A DNA stretch of 57,700 nucleotides from an uncultured bacterium (GTDB lineage: Bacteria; Patescibacteriota; Minisyncoccia; Phycocordibacterales; UBA9973), in contig CAITQP010000012.1 in assembly GCA_903894565.1 (NCBI GenBank), forward strand, positions 1 to 57,700. The letters run 5' to 3'. The translations under genes and the position numbers were made by a program. Below the pieces are notes generated by a model. It did no database searches. It saw only the letters and a program-made list of their open reading frames with translations, and was not told the origin of the DNA. Positions 33,793 to 44,103 of this stretch are shown one piece after another (position 1 is the first letter of the stretch; the number at the start of each line of letters is the position of its first letter).

Positions 33793-36299
33793 TACTTTTT
33801 CTTCTTCAAACTTTTCTCAACTTCAATGATATTGAGTGATGCCTTGAGCACGGTGTCCGGATTGATTGAAATAGAATCGATTCCCTCTCGCACGAGGAAT
33901 TCGGCAAGATCTGGGAAATCTGAAGGACCTTGTCCACAAATTCCAACTTTCATACCTCGCTTGTGTGCGACTTGAATGAGCTCTTTGATGAGACGCTGTA
34001 CAGAACGATTGCGTTCGTTGCCAATGTGCGCAATGAGTTTCGAATCACGATCAAGTCCGAGCGTGAGCTGCGTCAAATCGTTTGAACCAATTGAGAATGC
34101 ATCAAAAATATCTGCGAACTCATCAGCTTGTAATACGTTCGATGGAATTTCTGCCATGACCCAAATCTCAATACCGGAAGAAATCTCGACATTTTCTGGC
34201 TTCATATTTCCGCGTTCGACACGCACGATTTCTTTCTTTGGATTCTTTGTTCGTTTCAAACCGTATTGTTCAATAAGTGCGACGACTTTCTTGCCTTCTT
34301 CTGGAGTACGGCAGAATGGCACCATGACTTTCAAATTCCAAAGACCGAGTTCTTCACGTACCGCTTTGACAGCCTTACATTCAAGTTCAAATGCCTGCAT
34401 GAAGTTGGGATCATAATATCGTGACGCACCACGCCATCCCATCATTGGATTTTCTTCGACTGGTTCGTAGATACTGCCACCAATGAGTCCGCGATATTCA
34501 TTCGATTTAAAATCGCTAAAGCGAAGCACGACTTCGTACGGATAGAACGCAGCGCAGATAGTCGCGATACCATATTTCAATTTCTCGACATAGAACTCTA
34601 CTTTGTCTGGATATCCTTTGGTGAGCGCATCAATTTCTGCTTTCAGTTTCTTGTCCTTCAGAGTCTTGTAATTGATGAGTGCGTTTGGATGAATTTTGAC
34701 GAAATTTGAAATGATGAATTCTTCACGCGCAAGTCCAACACCACGGTGCGGAATATTTGCATGACGAAAGACAAGTGTTGGATCAGCCACGATCATTTTG
34801 ACTGGTGTTTGTGGCATCTGAAAATCTTTGAGATCATGCTTCTTGTGCTCGAATTTCAAAATGCCTTGAAACACTTTTCCAACTTCTCCTTCAGCGCACG
34901 AGACCGTAACTTCTTTACCATTTTTCAATACTTGCGTTGCTGTTCCCGTACCTACGATTGCGGGAATTCCAAGTTCGCGCGACACAATAGCCGCATGACT
35001 CGTTCTTCCTCCTGCATCCGTCACGATGGCTGACGCCATCTTCATGATAGGCTCCCAATCTGGATCCGTAATTTCAGTCACCAACACTTCACCTTTTTTG
35101 AATGTTGAGAGTTGTGATGCGTCGCGGATGTAGCGTACTTTTCCTGCGCCAATTTTTGCACCAACCGCTGCTCCTTCACACAGAAGCGTACCCTTTTCAA
35201 GTAGTTTGTATTCTTCAAGCACGACGGCGCTCTTGCCACTCTCAACAGTCTCAGGACGTGCCTGCACAATATAGAGTTCACCCGTCTTGCCATCGAGCAC
35301 CCACTCAATATCCATTGGACGCTTGTAGTGATTTTCGATCATTGCGCCCCAACGTGCGAGTTGCAAAATCTGCTCGTCATTCAAAACAAAACGATCACGC
35401 TCAGCGAGTGTCGTACTCACCTCTTTCGTCATCGCACTTCCACCGGTCGCATAAATAAGTTTCTTTTCTTTTGAACCCATACGCTTGCCGACGATTGATT
35501 TGAATCCTTTAGCAAGCGTTGGCTTGAACACGACATATTCATCGGGAGTGACGACACCTTTCACGACATATTCACCGAGACCCCACGAGCCATTGATGAC
35601 AATCGTATCTTTGAATCCACTTTCAGTATCGAGTGTGAACATCACACCCGCTGCACCACGATCTGAACGCGCCATTTTTTGAACGGCAACAGAAAGCAAC
35701 ACATTGAAATGATCATAACCCTGATGCTCGCGATACGAAATCGCACGATTCGTAAAGAGTGACGACATCGCGAGTTTGATACAATTGAGTACTTCGTTTT
35801 CGCCACGCACATTGAGGTATGATTCTTGCTGACCAGCGAACGATGCGTCAGGCAAGTCTTCGGCCGTCGCACTTGAGCGAACAGCAACATCCAAATCTTT
35901 TGGTGCGAGTTTCAAATGCGCACCGAGCTGTTTGTATGCATCGGAAATTGCCATTTTCAAAACGAGAGGAAATTCCGCAGCCATGATCGCCTCACGCACT
36001 GCACGTCCACGCTTTTCCAAATCCTTGATGTTCGTCGTATCGAGCCCCTTCAAAATTTCACGAATTTTTGCATCAAGTCCGTTTTCTTGCACAAAAAAAC
36101 GATAACATTCCGCTGTTACCGCAAAGCCATAAGGAACTTGAATTGTTTCGCCCTTTAATTTACTGCCCGCCTTCGTGAGATTTTGATACATCTCTCCAAG
36201 GTTTGCGTTCTTGCCTCCAACAATACCAACGTCCTCCTTGCCAATCTCATCGAACCACAAAATATAAGCTTCGCTACGAGAAACTGTATTTTTTTTCAT
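33792..36299 (-). CDS. ppsA: Phosphoenolpyruvate synthase (pyruvate, water dikinase)
   Basis: VGGKNANLGEM; the phosphohistidine region GGRTSHAAIVSRELGIPA; the C-terminus GICGQGPSDFPD. Length is 835 aa. Confidence 0.9.
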   Translation of the reverse strand: MKKNTVSRSEAYILWFDEIGKEDVGIVGGKNANLGEMYQNLTKAGSKLKGETIQVPYGFAVTAECYRFFVQENGLDAKIREILKGLDTTNIKDLEKRGRAVREAIMAAEFPLVLKMAISDAYKQLGAHLKLAPKDLDVAVRSSATAEDLPDASFAGQQESYLNVRGENEVLNCIKLAMSSLFTNRAISYREHQGYDHFNVLLSVAVQKMARSDRGAAGVMFTLDTESGFKDTIVINGSWGLGEYVVKGVVTPDEYVVFKPTLAKGFKSIVGKRMGSKEKKLIYATGGSAMTKEVSTTLAERDRFVLNDEQILQLARWGAMIENHYKRPMDIEWVLDGKTGELYIVQARPETVESGKSAVVLEEYKLLEKGTLLCEGAAVGAKIGAGKVRYIRDASQLSTFKKGEVLVTEITDPDWEPIMKMASAIVTDAGGRTSHAAIVSRELGIPAIVGTGTATQVLKNGKEVTVSCAEGEVGKVFQGILKFEHKKHDLKDFQMPQTPVKMIVADPTLVFRHANIPHRGVGLAREEFIISNFVKIHPNALINYKTLKDKKLKAEIDALTKGYPDKVEFYVEKLKYGIATICAAFYPYEVVLRFSDFKSNEYRGLIGGSIYEPVEENPMMGWRGASRYYDPNFMQAFELECKAVKAVREELGLWNLKVMVPFCRTPEEGKKVVALIEQYGLKRTKNPKKEIVRVERGNMKPENVEISSGIEIWVMAEIPSNVLQADEFADIFDAFSIGSNDLTQLTLGLDRDSKLIAHIGNERNRSVQRLIKELIQVAHKRGMKVGICGQGPSDFPDLAEFLVREGIDSISINPDTVLKASLNIIEVEKSLKKKK

Positions 36300-36437
36300 G
36301 TGAACCGTAAAAAATAACTACTAATAATGGTATAAAAAGTCCGCGAAAAGTATACCACCAAACGAATCCGCCGGCTATTTGGGCATACAAAAACCCTTTC
36401 GAGTCTTTGTGACTCAAAAGGGTTAAATAATTTTGAC

Positions 36438-36986
36438 TTATTTTCGAAACCACCAATCGCGGTTTCGGTGAATCCATGTGCGCTGGTCAAGGCGACCAGA
36501 CTTGATGTCATAAACGACAAGTCCGGCCCACACCAACAGAAGAGTCAGGGCAATCACCTGCCGAGTATGACTCGCGTACAAAATGTATATCGGTAGAACC
36601 GATATAATAAAATACACAAACATCGGCAAAATCACGAACGAATGCCAGATATCCATTTCGTATTTGGGTTTAGTAACCCAATAAAAAATGATACCAGCAA
36701 GTATTGCTCCTATGCCGATTGCCCAATGAAAGATTGGGCTTTCGATCCAAAGGGCTGGATGAACATCTGGATTTTTTAATATTTTGGAGGCCGTTATTAT
36801 TATGACGACCAAACCAAAATCTCCAATTTTTGAAGACAGGGCCACATCGTAGCCCCTGCCCTCAAACACCCCGCGTCCAATCCATAGTGCGGAATAAAGG
36901 ACGCAATATATAATAAACTGTGCCACTGTTGGGCACTCTGTCAAAAAGGCGTGTCCGCCATACAGAACATGCTGTTGCATATGCAA
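36438..36986 (-). CDS. Hypothetical polytopic membrane protein
   Basis: Hydrophobic throughout. No family recognised. Confidence 0.5.
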   Translation of the reverse strand: MHMQQHVLYGGHAFLTECPTVAQFIIYCVLYSALWIGRGVFEGRGYDVALSSKIGDFGLVVIIITASKILKNPDVHPALWIESPIFHWAIGIGAILAGIIFYWVTKPKYEMDIWHSFVILPMFVYFIISVLPIYILYASHTRQVIALTLLLVWAGLVVYDIKSGRLDQRTWIHRNRDWWFRK

Positions 36987-37081
36987 TTTTTAAAGGTTAA
37001 AACTAATTCTTAGTATAACATATTTAAATGAATTATGTCAAGGTTCGCCAAAGTCCCGTTTTTGCGCTAAAATCGACGTAT

Positions 37082-38284
37082 ATGAACCCACCAAAAGTAT
37101 CATCTCGCGGGCAGAACGTCATTGCTTCCCCTATTCGCAAATTCTTGCCTCTCATGCAAGCTGCGGAGGCGCGTGGCACCAAGGTTTACAAGCTCAACAC
37201 GGGTGATCCAGACATCGAAGTGCCACAGGCATTCTTTGACGAAATCCATGCATACAAAAGCAAGAATCTTCCCTACGCTCCGAGTTCTGGTTTTCCAAAG
37301 CATATTGCCGCATGGCAGACCTACTATCGCCAATTTGGAGTTGAAATCGAACCAAAAAATATCATCCCGACAGTCGGTTGTGCCGAAGCTATTCTCCTTG
37401 CACTCATGGCCGCTGCCGACATCGGCGACGAAGTACTTGTGTTTGAACCACTCTACGTGAGTTACAAATCATTCTCCGTCATGACGGGAATCAAGCTCGT
37501 TCCGGTCACACTCAAGACCTCAGATGGTTTCGCAATGCCAACTGACGCTGAAATTGAATCCAAAATTACAGAGAAGACCAAAGCCATCGTCGTGATTAAT
37601 CCAGACAACCCAACGGGCAAACTCTGGAGCGAAGAGGAGCTCGCTCGCATCCTTGCCATCGCAAAAAAACACAATATGTTTGTGATTGCCGATGAGACAT
37701 ACCGCGAAATTCGTTTTGATGGTGTAGTCTCTTGTATGCTCACCATGCAAGATGGTCGCGAGAACATCATTCTCGTTGATAGTATTTCCAAGCGCTTTAG
37801 TATGCCGGGTGCACGCGTTGGATGTCTCGTTTCCTACAATGCTGACGTTATGACTGCCGTGCTCAAATTCGCACAAGCTCGTCTCTCTGTCGGAACAATG
37901 GAACAGCTCGCACTTGTTCCCCTCCTCGAAAGCTCCAAGCAATATACCGATCCCGTCAAAGCCGAATATGAAAAGCGTTGTGAGGTTGTGTATCAAGCAC
38001 TCTCGAATATGCCTGGCGTCGTCGTAACTCGACCAATGGGCGCGTTCTATATCTACGCAGGACTCCCTGTTGAATCTGCTGAAGAATTCGTCAAATTTAT
38101 GATTGGTGAATTCAGCGACAACAACGAAACCGTCATGATTTCTCCGATGAAAGATTTCTACATTTCCGAAAATCTCGGTGCAAACGAAATCCGCATCGCC
38201 TACGTGCTCAACACTGAAGCACTTGCTCGAAGTATGGATATCCTTGCGAAGGGACTCGAAGCTTACAAACAGAAGGCAAAATAG
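37082..38284 (+). CDS. Class I/II PLP aminotransferase (aspartate/alanine aminotransferase-like)
   Basis: ASPIRKF...NTGDPD...NPDNPTG...SISKRFSMPGARVG. I set the start at Met19 (MNPPKV). Confidence 0.85.
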   Translation: MNPPKVSSRGQNVIASPIRKFLPLMQAAEARGTKVYKLNTGDPDIEVPQAFFDEIHAYKSKNLPYAPSSGFPKHIAAWQTYYRQFGVEIEPKNIIPTVGCAEAILLALMAAADIGDEVLVFEPLYVSYKSFSVMTGIKLVPVTLKTSDGFAMPTDAEIESKITEKTKAIVVINPDNPTGKLWSEEELARILAIAKKHNMFVIADETYREIRFDGVVSCMLTMQDGRENIILVDSISKRFSMPGARVGCLVSYNADVMTAVLKFAQARLSVGTMEQLALVPLLESSKQYTDPVKAEYEKRCEVVYQALSNMPGVVVTRPMGAFYIYAGLPVESAEEFVKFMIGEFSDNNETVMISPMKDFYISENLGANEIRIAYVLNTEALARSMDILAKGLEAYKQKAK

Positions 38285-38293
38285 CGAGCGGAT

Positions 38294-38366
38294 AAAAAAT
38301 AAAATACGCGCAAAAAAACACGGAGGAATGGGTCGACCGTGTTTTTTTGCGCGTATTTTATTTTTT
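38294..38366. terminator. Clamped bidirectional terminator with a 30-bp perfect stem
   Basis: aaaaaataaaatacgcgcaaaaaaacacgg (38294-38323) pairs with ccgtgtttttttgcgcgtattttatttttt (38337-38366). Confidence 0.8.
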
Positions 38367-38376
38367 ACCTCGTACT

Positions 38377-38895
38377 TTATTTAGTAGTCTGAAAACTTTC
38401 GAGGAAACTCATCATTTGAGCATTTGTCCATCCCGTTGGCGCATCAGGAAGTACTGGCGCATTCATGTCCCAATCAACACCGTTAACAGTAGGGAGACCA
38501 AACATGACACCGTAAGTCATGTTTTTGTATTCAACATAAAAACATGTTCCTGGTGCACAACCGCCAGGAGTCAAAGAAGCCCCATTTGGTAACGATTCAA
38601 TTACTGGCACAGGAGAAGTGTACTCAGGACTCTTTATTTCTCGTGATACAATTACGTTAAGCAATACTGTATATTTTGGATCAGGAACGTTCGAAAGAAA
38701 ATTTGTTCCACCATATTCAAAATCATTTTGTGGTGTATTTTCTTGAGAAAGAATCTTCCACCCTTCAGGTAACAAAAAAGTCGCTCCTTCAGTTGAAACT
38801 GGCACGCGATGAGCCTTACGATCAGCATGAATATACAGAAAAACAACAAGCAACACGAGCATTCCGATTGCAAACAATTTTATTCCTAATTTCAT
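38377..38895 (-). CDS. Hypothetical membrane-anchored protein (172 aa), last gene of the guaB-purF block
   Basis: I set the start at MKLGIKLFAIGMLVLLVVFL. The longer ORF (to 39105) would overlap purF. Confidence 0.55.
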   Translation of the reverse strand: MKLGIKLFAIGMLVLLVVFLYIHADRKAHRVPVSTEGATFLLPEGWKILSQENTPQNDFEYGGTNFLSNVPDPKYTVLLNVIVSREIKSPEYTSPVPVIESLPNGASLTPGGCAPGTCFYVEYKNMTYGVMFGLPTVNGVDWDMNAPVLPDAPTGWTNAQMMSFLESFQTTK

Positions 38896-38908
38896 ATCTG
38901 GTGCTGAA

Positions 38909-40351
38909 TTAATCTTTCGGCACATCATAGGTAACATCAGCAGAACGTTCACAGAGATCGATTGGATATTCACCAGTGAAGCATGAGGTTGAGAGTACGT
39001 CGCGGGAGAGACCGGTCGCTCGGACAAGACCATCGAGTGAAAGGAAGTGGAGCGATGTTGCTCCGAGGAATTGGCGAATCTCTTCAATACTCTTGTGACT
39101 TGCAATGAGATTGGATTGCTTTGGTGTGTCGATACCGTAGTAGTCTGGGAATTTGACTGGTGGACTCGAAATCAAGAAATGTACTTCAGCTGCACCTGAG
39201 TCAAAGAATGCTTTGATGAGCTGGCGACTGGTCGTACCACGCACGATTGAGTCGTCCATGACGATAACCTTCTTGCCTTTGAGTACTGGAGCAAGCGGAG
39301 TGAGTTTAAGCTTCACGCCAAGGTCACGCACGTGCTGTTCTGGCTCGATGAAAGTGCGGTGAATGTAGCGATTCTTCACAAGCGCCATTTCAAGTGGAAT
39401 ACCTGAGGCTTGTGAATATCCGATAGCTACAGGCATCGCAGTCTCAGGCACCGGCACGACCATGTCGGCTTCAATCTTCACTTCTTTGGCGAGTTCAGTT
39501 CCGGAGTTGCGACGAACATTGTAGACGAGCTGTCCGGACAAAATAGAATCAGGACGAGCGAAATAGACGAATTCAAAAATATCAAGTTTTGGATTCGGTG
39601 CCATGACTTGCTCTGCGCGCAATCCCTCTTCGTCGATCACGAGCATTTCACCGGGTTCAACTTCTCGAAGAAATTCTGCGCCCATTGCTTGGAATGCACA
39701 TGACTCAGATGCAACCGCAAATCCTCCGTTGATTTTACCAACAGAGAGCGGACGCATGCCGAATGAATCGCGAACAGCAACGAGCATTGTTGGTGTCATA
39801 ACGACGATCGCGTACGCACCTGTAAATAGTGGAAGTACTGCTTTGACAGCTTCAGGAAGAGACTTCCCGTTCTTCACACCCTGCGCGATAGCTTCAGCCA
39901 TCAATTCAGAGTCGGAACGATCTTCAAGACGAACGCCAGTGTCTTTCAAGAATTCAATCAATGCGAGTACGCTTGGAAGATTGCCATTGTGCGCGAGTGA
40001 GACTGTGCCAGTCTCACCATCTTCATGGAATTGATCAACTTGAGGAAATTTTACTTCATCAATGACGACAGGTTGTGCGTGCGTGAGGAGAGAACTACCA
40101 CTCGTTGAGTAACGGTTGTGTCCAATCGCGACATGACCCTGCAAACGTTTGAGGTGCTCTTCGTTGTATGCAGCAGACACGAGTCCCATGCCACGATGTG
40201 AAAGTAATCGTGATCCATCACCGACAGTGATACCAGACGATTCTTGACCGCGGTGTTGCAAAGCAAAAAGCCCGAAGAAAGAAAGTCGGGCTACATCGAG
40301 CCCTTTTCCATAGATACCGAACACTGCGCATTTTTCGCCGAGATGTTCCAT
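38909..40351 (-). CDS. purF: Amidophosphoribosyltransferase
   Basis: MEHLGEK-CAVFGIYG (short propeptide before the Ntn Cys), the PRTase motif VIVMDDSIVRGTT and CFTGEYP. Confidence 0.95.
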   Translation of the reverse strand: MEHLGEKCAVFGIYGKGLDVARLSFFGLFALQHRGQESSGITVGDGSRLLSHRGMGLVSAAYNEEHLKRLQGHVAIGHNRYSTSGSSLLTHAQPVVIDEVKFPQVDQFHEDGETGTVSLAHNGNLPSVLALIEFLKDTGVRLEDRSDSELMAEAIAQGVKNGKSLPEAVKAVLPLFTGAYAIVVMTPTMLVAVRDSFGMRPLSVGKINGGFAVASESCAFQAMGAEFLREVEPGEMLVIDEEGLRAEQVMAPNPKLDIFEFVYFARPDSILSGQLVYNVRRNSGTELAKEVKIEADMVVPVPETAMPVAIGYSQASGIPLEMALVKNRYIHRTFIEPEQHVRDLGVKLKLTPLAPVLKGKKVIVMDDSIVRGTTSRQLIKAFFDSGAAEVHFLISSPPVKFPDYYGIDTPKQSNLIASHKSIEEIRQFLGATSLHFLSLDGLVRATGLSRDVLSTSCFTGEYPIDLCERSADVTYDVPKD

Positions 40352-40357
40352 AGATAA

Positions 40358-41128
40358 TTATTTTGTTACTTTCTTATTATAATACGAAATTGCGTTTTTG
40401 AAAAGAGCAAAGCCGTCGCCATACATGGGAAGCTTTTTACCCTTATTTTTAAACGTTTCTTTCTGTACCTGCCAGTCAGGACGCTGATGAAAAAACATTC
40501 CGCGCTCAGGATGAGGCATCATTCCGAGAATACGGCCATCGGCTGATATGACGCCCGCAATATCCTGCGCTGAACCATTCGGATTCATGGGAAGATGTTG
40601 GTATTCACACATCGCGCCTTCGGTATATTTAAATGCGATATTTACTTGTCCGTCTTCTCTCGGAACATACTTCCCTTCTCCGTGAGCAATAGGCACTGAA
40701 ATCGTTTTGAGATTTTTGGTCCATGGACTATTGCCCTCAATTTTGAGATCAACCCAACGCACCATGTATCGTGCACTTTCGTTGTATGTAAGTGCACCAG
40801 GAAGAATCCCCGCCGCTGTCAAAATTTGAAATCCGTTACAGATACCGATCACAAGCGTGTCGCGCTTCAAAAATTCTGTAAGTATCGGGCCAAGGTGATT
40901 GTTCAAACGATTGCCATACGCCTTACCACTTCCAGTGTCGTCACCGTACGAGAATCCCCCAGGCATCGCAAGAATCTGATATTTCAAAAGCATTTTAGGA
41001 TCAGCAATGACGTCGTTAATATGCACGATGTCTGCCTTGCCACCAGCTTCTTCGAATGCGAATTTTGTTTCAGCCTCACAGTTGAGTCCGTAGCCAGAAA
41101 ATACAATTACTTTAGGTTTGGTTTTCAT
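40358..41128 (-). CDS. purQ: FGAM synthase, glutaminase subunit
   Basis: VIVFSGYGLNCE, GICNGFQIL (nucleophile Cys) and MPHPER. Confidence 0.9.
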   Translation of the reverse strand: MKTKPKVIVFSGYGLNCEAETKFAFEEAGGKADIVHINDVIADPKMLLKYQILAMPGGFSYGDDTGSGKAYGNRLNNHLGPILTEFLKRDTLVIGICNGFQILTAAGILPGALTYNESARYMVRWVDLKIEGNSPWTKNLKTISVPIAHGEGKYVPREDGQVNIAFKYTEGAMCEYQHLPMNPNGSAQDIAGVISADGRILGMMPHPERGMFFHQRPDWQVQKETFKNKGKKLPMYGDGFALFKNAISYYNKKVTK

Positions 41129-41137
41129 AAATAAAAA

Positions 41138-44080
41138 TTAAAATCCTTTGAACGTTTTTTCAAACGCGAGTTGTAATTGTTCAACCGTTGTGGCGACGAT
41201 CGCGTCTTTTGCATCTTTTACAATGACAACGTCGTCTTTTACGACCTTGCCGACGCATACAGCATTCGCTCCCATGATTTTCTCGAATGATTCTCGGTCA
41301 CGCTTTGAAACGGTACAAACGATACGTCCCTGACTTTCGGCAAAGAGCGCAGCGTGACGACTCGTGTACGTTCCACGGAGCTTCTTGAGATCAATCTCAT
41401 ATCCAAGTCCTCCGCCAATAGCCATCGTATTGAGTGCTGTTGCAAGTCCGCCACGCGCGACTGCGAATCCAGCATTCGTATATTTGCGTGCGCGACCGTA
41501 GGATTTATAAATCTTCGCCCATGCGTTTGCATCAACACTCGGCACGCCTTCAGTCGCATGTCCGTACATCGCGCCATATTCTGTACCGCCGAATTCATCG
41601 TGCGTTTCGCCGATGACATAAATCAAATCACCTCCTTGTTTGAAATCAAGCGAGACTGCGTCGAGTGCATTCGGAAGTACGGCAATCGCTGAAATGAGCA
41701 GTGTCGGTGGAATAGAAATGGAAACAGGATTTGCTTTGTGATCGTATCCGCGGAAATCATTGTGCATACTATCCTTGCCAGAAATATAGGGAGTCTCATA
41801 TGCGAGTGCTGTCTCGTAACATGCGCGTCCTGCTTCACGCAAATCCCACAATGATTCAGGAGTGTTTGAACGACTCCAACAGAAATTGTCGAGGATTGCT
41901 ATTGAATCCAAATTTGCTCCCCCGACAACGGCCTGACGCACTGCAGTATCAATCGATGCAGCGGCCATTTTGTATGTATCGCCGTCAGAATATGTTGGGT
42001 AGAGTGCGCTCGTCATGAGAATCCCCGCCTTCGATGAAAGGACTGGTTTCGTGACGGACGATGGTGCCGGTACTCGTCCACGGCCTTGTACTGGTTTCGT
42101 GACGGATCCACCTTGCACTTCATAATCGTACTGTTCTGCAATGTAGAGATGTGACGCGATCGATGGACGAGACAAGAGCGCAAGCATATCTGTACCAAAT
42201 TCAGATTGTGCGGAACGCTTCAGTGGTGTGAGGACACGAATCGGTTCTTTGATCGCGAGTTCCTCTCGTGGCCATCCATCGTGCAAGAATGCAAGCGACA
42301 AATCAAGAATTGTTTTTCCATTCCATGCGACTTGCGCCTGTCCACCCTTGGTGAATTCACCAATCACTGTCACTTCAACTCCACGACGTTTCGCGAGCTC
42401 AGAAAGTTCCTTCCATTTATTTTTCGGCACAGCAAGTGTCATGCGTTCCTGAGATTCTGAAATCCAAATTTGCCATGGAGCAAGTCCTGGGTATTTGACT
42501 GGAACTTTTTCAAGATCAACGCGACAACCACCCGATTCGCGTGCCATTTCACCAATAGCACTTGAGATACCTCCTGCGCCATTATCAGTAATACTATTGT
42601 AGAGTCCAAGATCACGTGCCTCTTTGACGAGCATGTCGGAGAATTTTTTCTGTGTGATTGGGTCACCAATTTGCACAGCAGTCGCAGGTGATCCTTCATC
42701 GAGTTTGACTGAAGAAAATGTAGCACCATGAATACCATCGAGACCAACACGATTTCCAACAGAGACGATCAAGTCACCTGGTCGTGCCGCCTTCTCCCAT
42801 GATTTGCGCCCAGCAGTTTTGCGTGGAAGAAGTCCAACGGTACCAGCAAAGACGAGTGGCTTGCCACGAAAACGATCTTCGCAGATCAAAAATCCGTGTG
42901 TCGTTGGAATACCGGAACAGTTACCACCCGAGTTGATGCCACGAACAACTCCATCGAGAATGCGACGTGGTGGAAGCATCTGTTCCTGCATACGTTCATC
43001 GCGAAAAAGCGGGTGGGTGTCTGTTGGTTCTCCGACACAAAATCCGTACATGTTGGCGACCGGTTTTGATCCGAGTCCTGTTCCGATTGCATCGCGGTTC
43101 ACACCGACAATACCAGTAATCGCCCCGCCGAATGGATCAAGCGCTGAAGGACTATTGTGTGTTTCTACTTTGTGCGTAACGAGCCAATTCTTGTCGAACT
43201 CGATAACACCTGAGTTATCAGAAAATACAGACACACAAAAATCTTTCTTGCCTTTCTTGGCGCGAATCTCTTCAGTCGCACGCTTAATGTATTCTTTATA
43301 AATTCCTTTTGGCAAACCTTCCATCGGAGAAGCAAAAATGCGATGTTTGCAGTGTTCACTCCATGTCTGCGCAATCATTTCAATTTCAATGTCTGTCGGG
43401 TTGCGTCCGAGTGTTTTAAAATACTCGCGAATCGTTTGCATATCTTTCAGTGAGAGCGCGAGTGGTCCACGGCGTTTGCCATCTGCACCTTTGATACCAG
43501 CTGTACCCATAGCAAGCAATTCTTCGTCACTCACTGAAAGCGACACGATATCCGCGCTCGCAGTCGAATGCAAATCAACGTGTGGAATCATTTTTGAAAA
43601 TCCATGTTTCGCAACATATTCATTCCATGTAACGAGCGTCGCGCGCTCGATGAGCGCATTGTAGAGAGACTTCTTAATACGCTCTACCTCGAGATCATTT
43701 ACATTACCGTAGAGAGCATAGACACGAGCCGAACTTACAGAAGCATCATTGTGCTCACGACTCGTAACATCAGTGATGGTCTCCATTGCTGTTGTGCCAA
43801 CATTGTCAGTCACCCCGGCAAGATACCCGATCTCAATTGCAACAGTGAAGGGCTTCTCAATGATAGTGTTATCAATCGTGCCACGCTCAATATTGGGGTT
43901 TACCAGAGAGCGAAGTACTTGTTCCTTTTCGTCACTTGAAAGATTTGCGCTAGTGATGTATGAATCAACAATCACGACGTCAGTAAGACTAGGTGCACCC
44001 AGACGCTTGAACTCGCGGGTCTTTTCTCGCGCGCGTGTGTCGAGCGTTTTGAGAATGACGTCAATGCGAGTGGTGTGCAT
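41138..44080 (-). CDS. purL: FGAM synthase subunit PurL with an N-terminal extension of about 175 aa resembling two PurS units
   Basis: Canonical small-PurL core starting around WSEHCKHRIF. Total length is 980 aa, against about 740 aa for stand-alone PurL. Confidence 0.95.
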   Translation of the reverse strand: MHTTRIDVILKTLDTRAREKTREFKRLGAPSLTDVVIVDSYITSANLSSDEKEQVLRSLVNPNIERGTIDNTIIEKPFTVAIEIGYLAGVTDNVGTTAMETITDVTSREHNDASVSSARVYALYGNVNDLEVERIKKSLYNALIERATLVTWNEYVAKHGFSKMIPHVDLHSTASADIVSLSVSDEELLAMGTAGIKGADGKRRGPLALSLKDMQTIREYFKTLGRNPTDIEIEMIAQTWSEHCKHRIFASPMEGLPKGIYKEYIKRATEEIRAKKGKKDFCVSVFSDNSGVIEFDKNWLVTHKVETHNSPSALDPFGGAITGIVGVNRDAIGTGLGSKPVANMYGFCVGEPTDTHPLFRDERMQEQMLPPRRILDGVVRGINSGGNCSGIPTTHGFLICEDRFRGKPLVFAGTVGLLPRKTAGRKSWEKAARPGDLIVSVGNRVGLDGIHGATFSSVKLDEGSPATAVQIGDPITQKKFSDMLVKEARDLGLYNSITDNGAGGISSAIGEMARESGGCRVDLEKVPVKYPGLAPWQIWISESQERMTLAVPKNKWKELSELAKRRGVEVTVIGEFTKGGQAQVAWNGKTILDLSLAFLHDGWPREELAIKEPIRVLTPLKRSAQSEFGTDMLALLSRPSIASHLYIAEQYDYEVQGGSVTKPVQGRGRVPAPSSVTKPVLSSKAGILMTSALYPTYSDGDTYKMAAASIDTAVRQAVVGGANLDSIAILDNFCWSRSNTPESLWDLREAGRACYETALAYETPYISGKDSMHNDFRGYDHKANPVSISIPPTLLISAIAVLPNALDAVSLDFKQGGDLIYVIGETHDEFGGTEYGAMYGHATEGVPSVDANAWAKIYKSYGRARKYTNAGFAVARGGLATALNTMAIGGGLGYEIDLKKLRGTYTSRHAALFAESQGRIVCTVSKRDRESFEKIMGANAVCVGKVVKDDVVIVKDAKDAIVATTVEQLQLAFEKTFKGF

Positions 44081-44103
44081 AGAATAGAAAAAATGATTTA
44101 TTA

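Noticed and set aside
38896-39105. N-terminal extension of the 38377-39105 ORF overlapping purF
   Set aside because: It overlaps the purF C-terminus in another frame. The internal Met at 38895 starts a typical membrane-anchor sequence 13 nt after the purF stop.
41148-44087. Numerous 60-165-aa ORFs on both strands inside purL (and similarly inside purA, guaB, ppsA, secA and the giant FN3 gene)
   Set aside because: All lie within genes that have unambiguous homology in another frame. They are frame or strand shadows.
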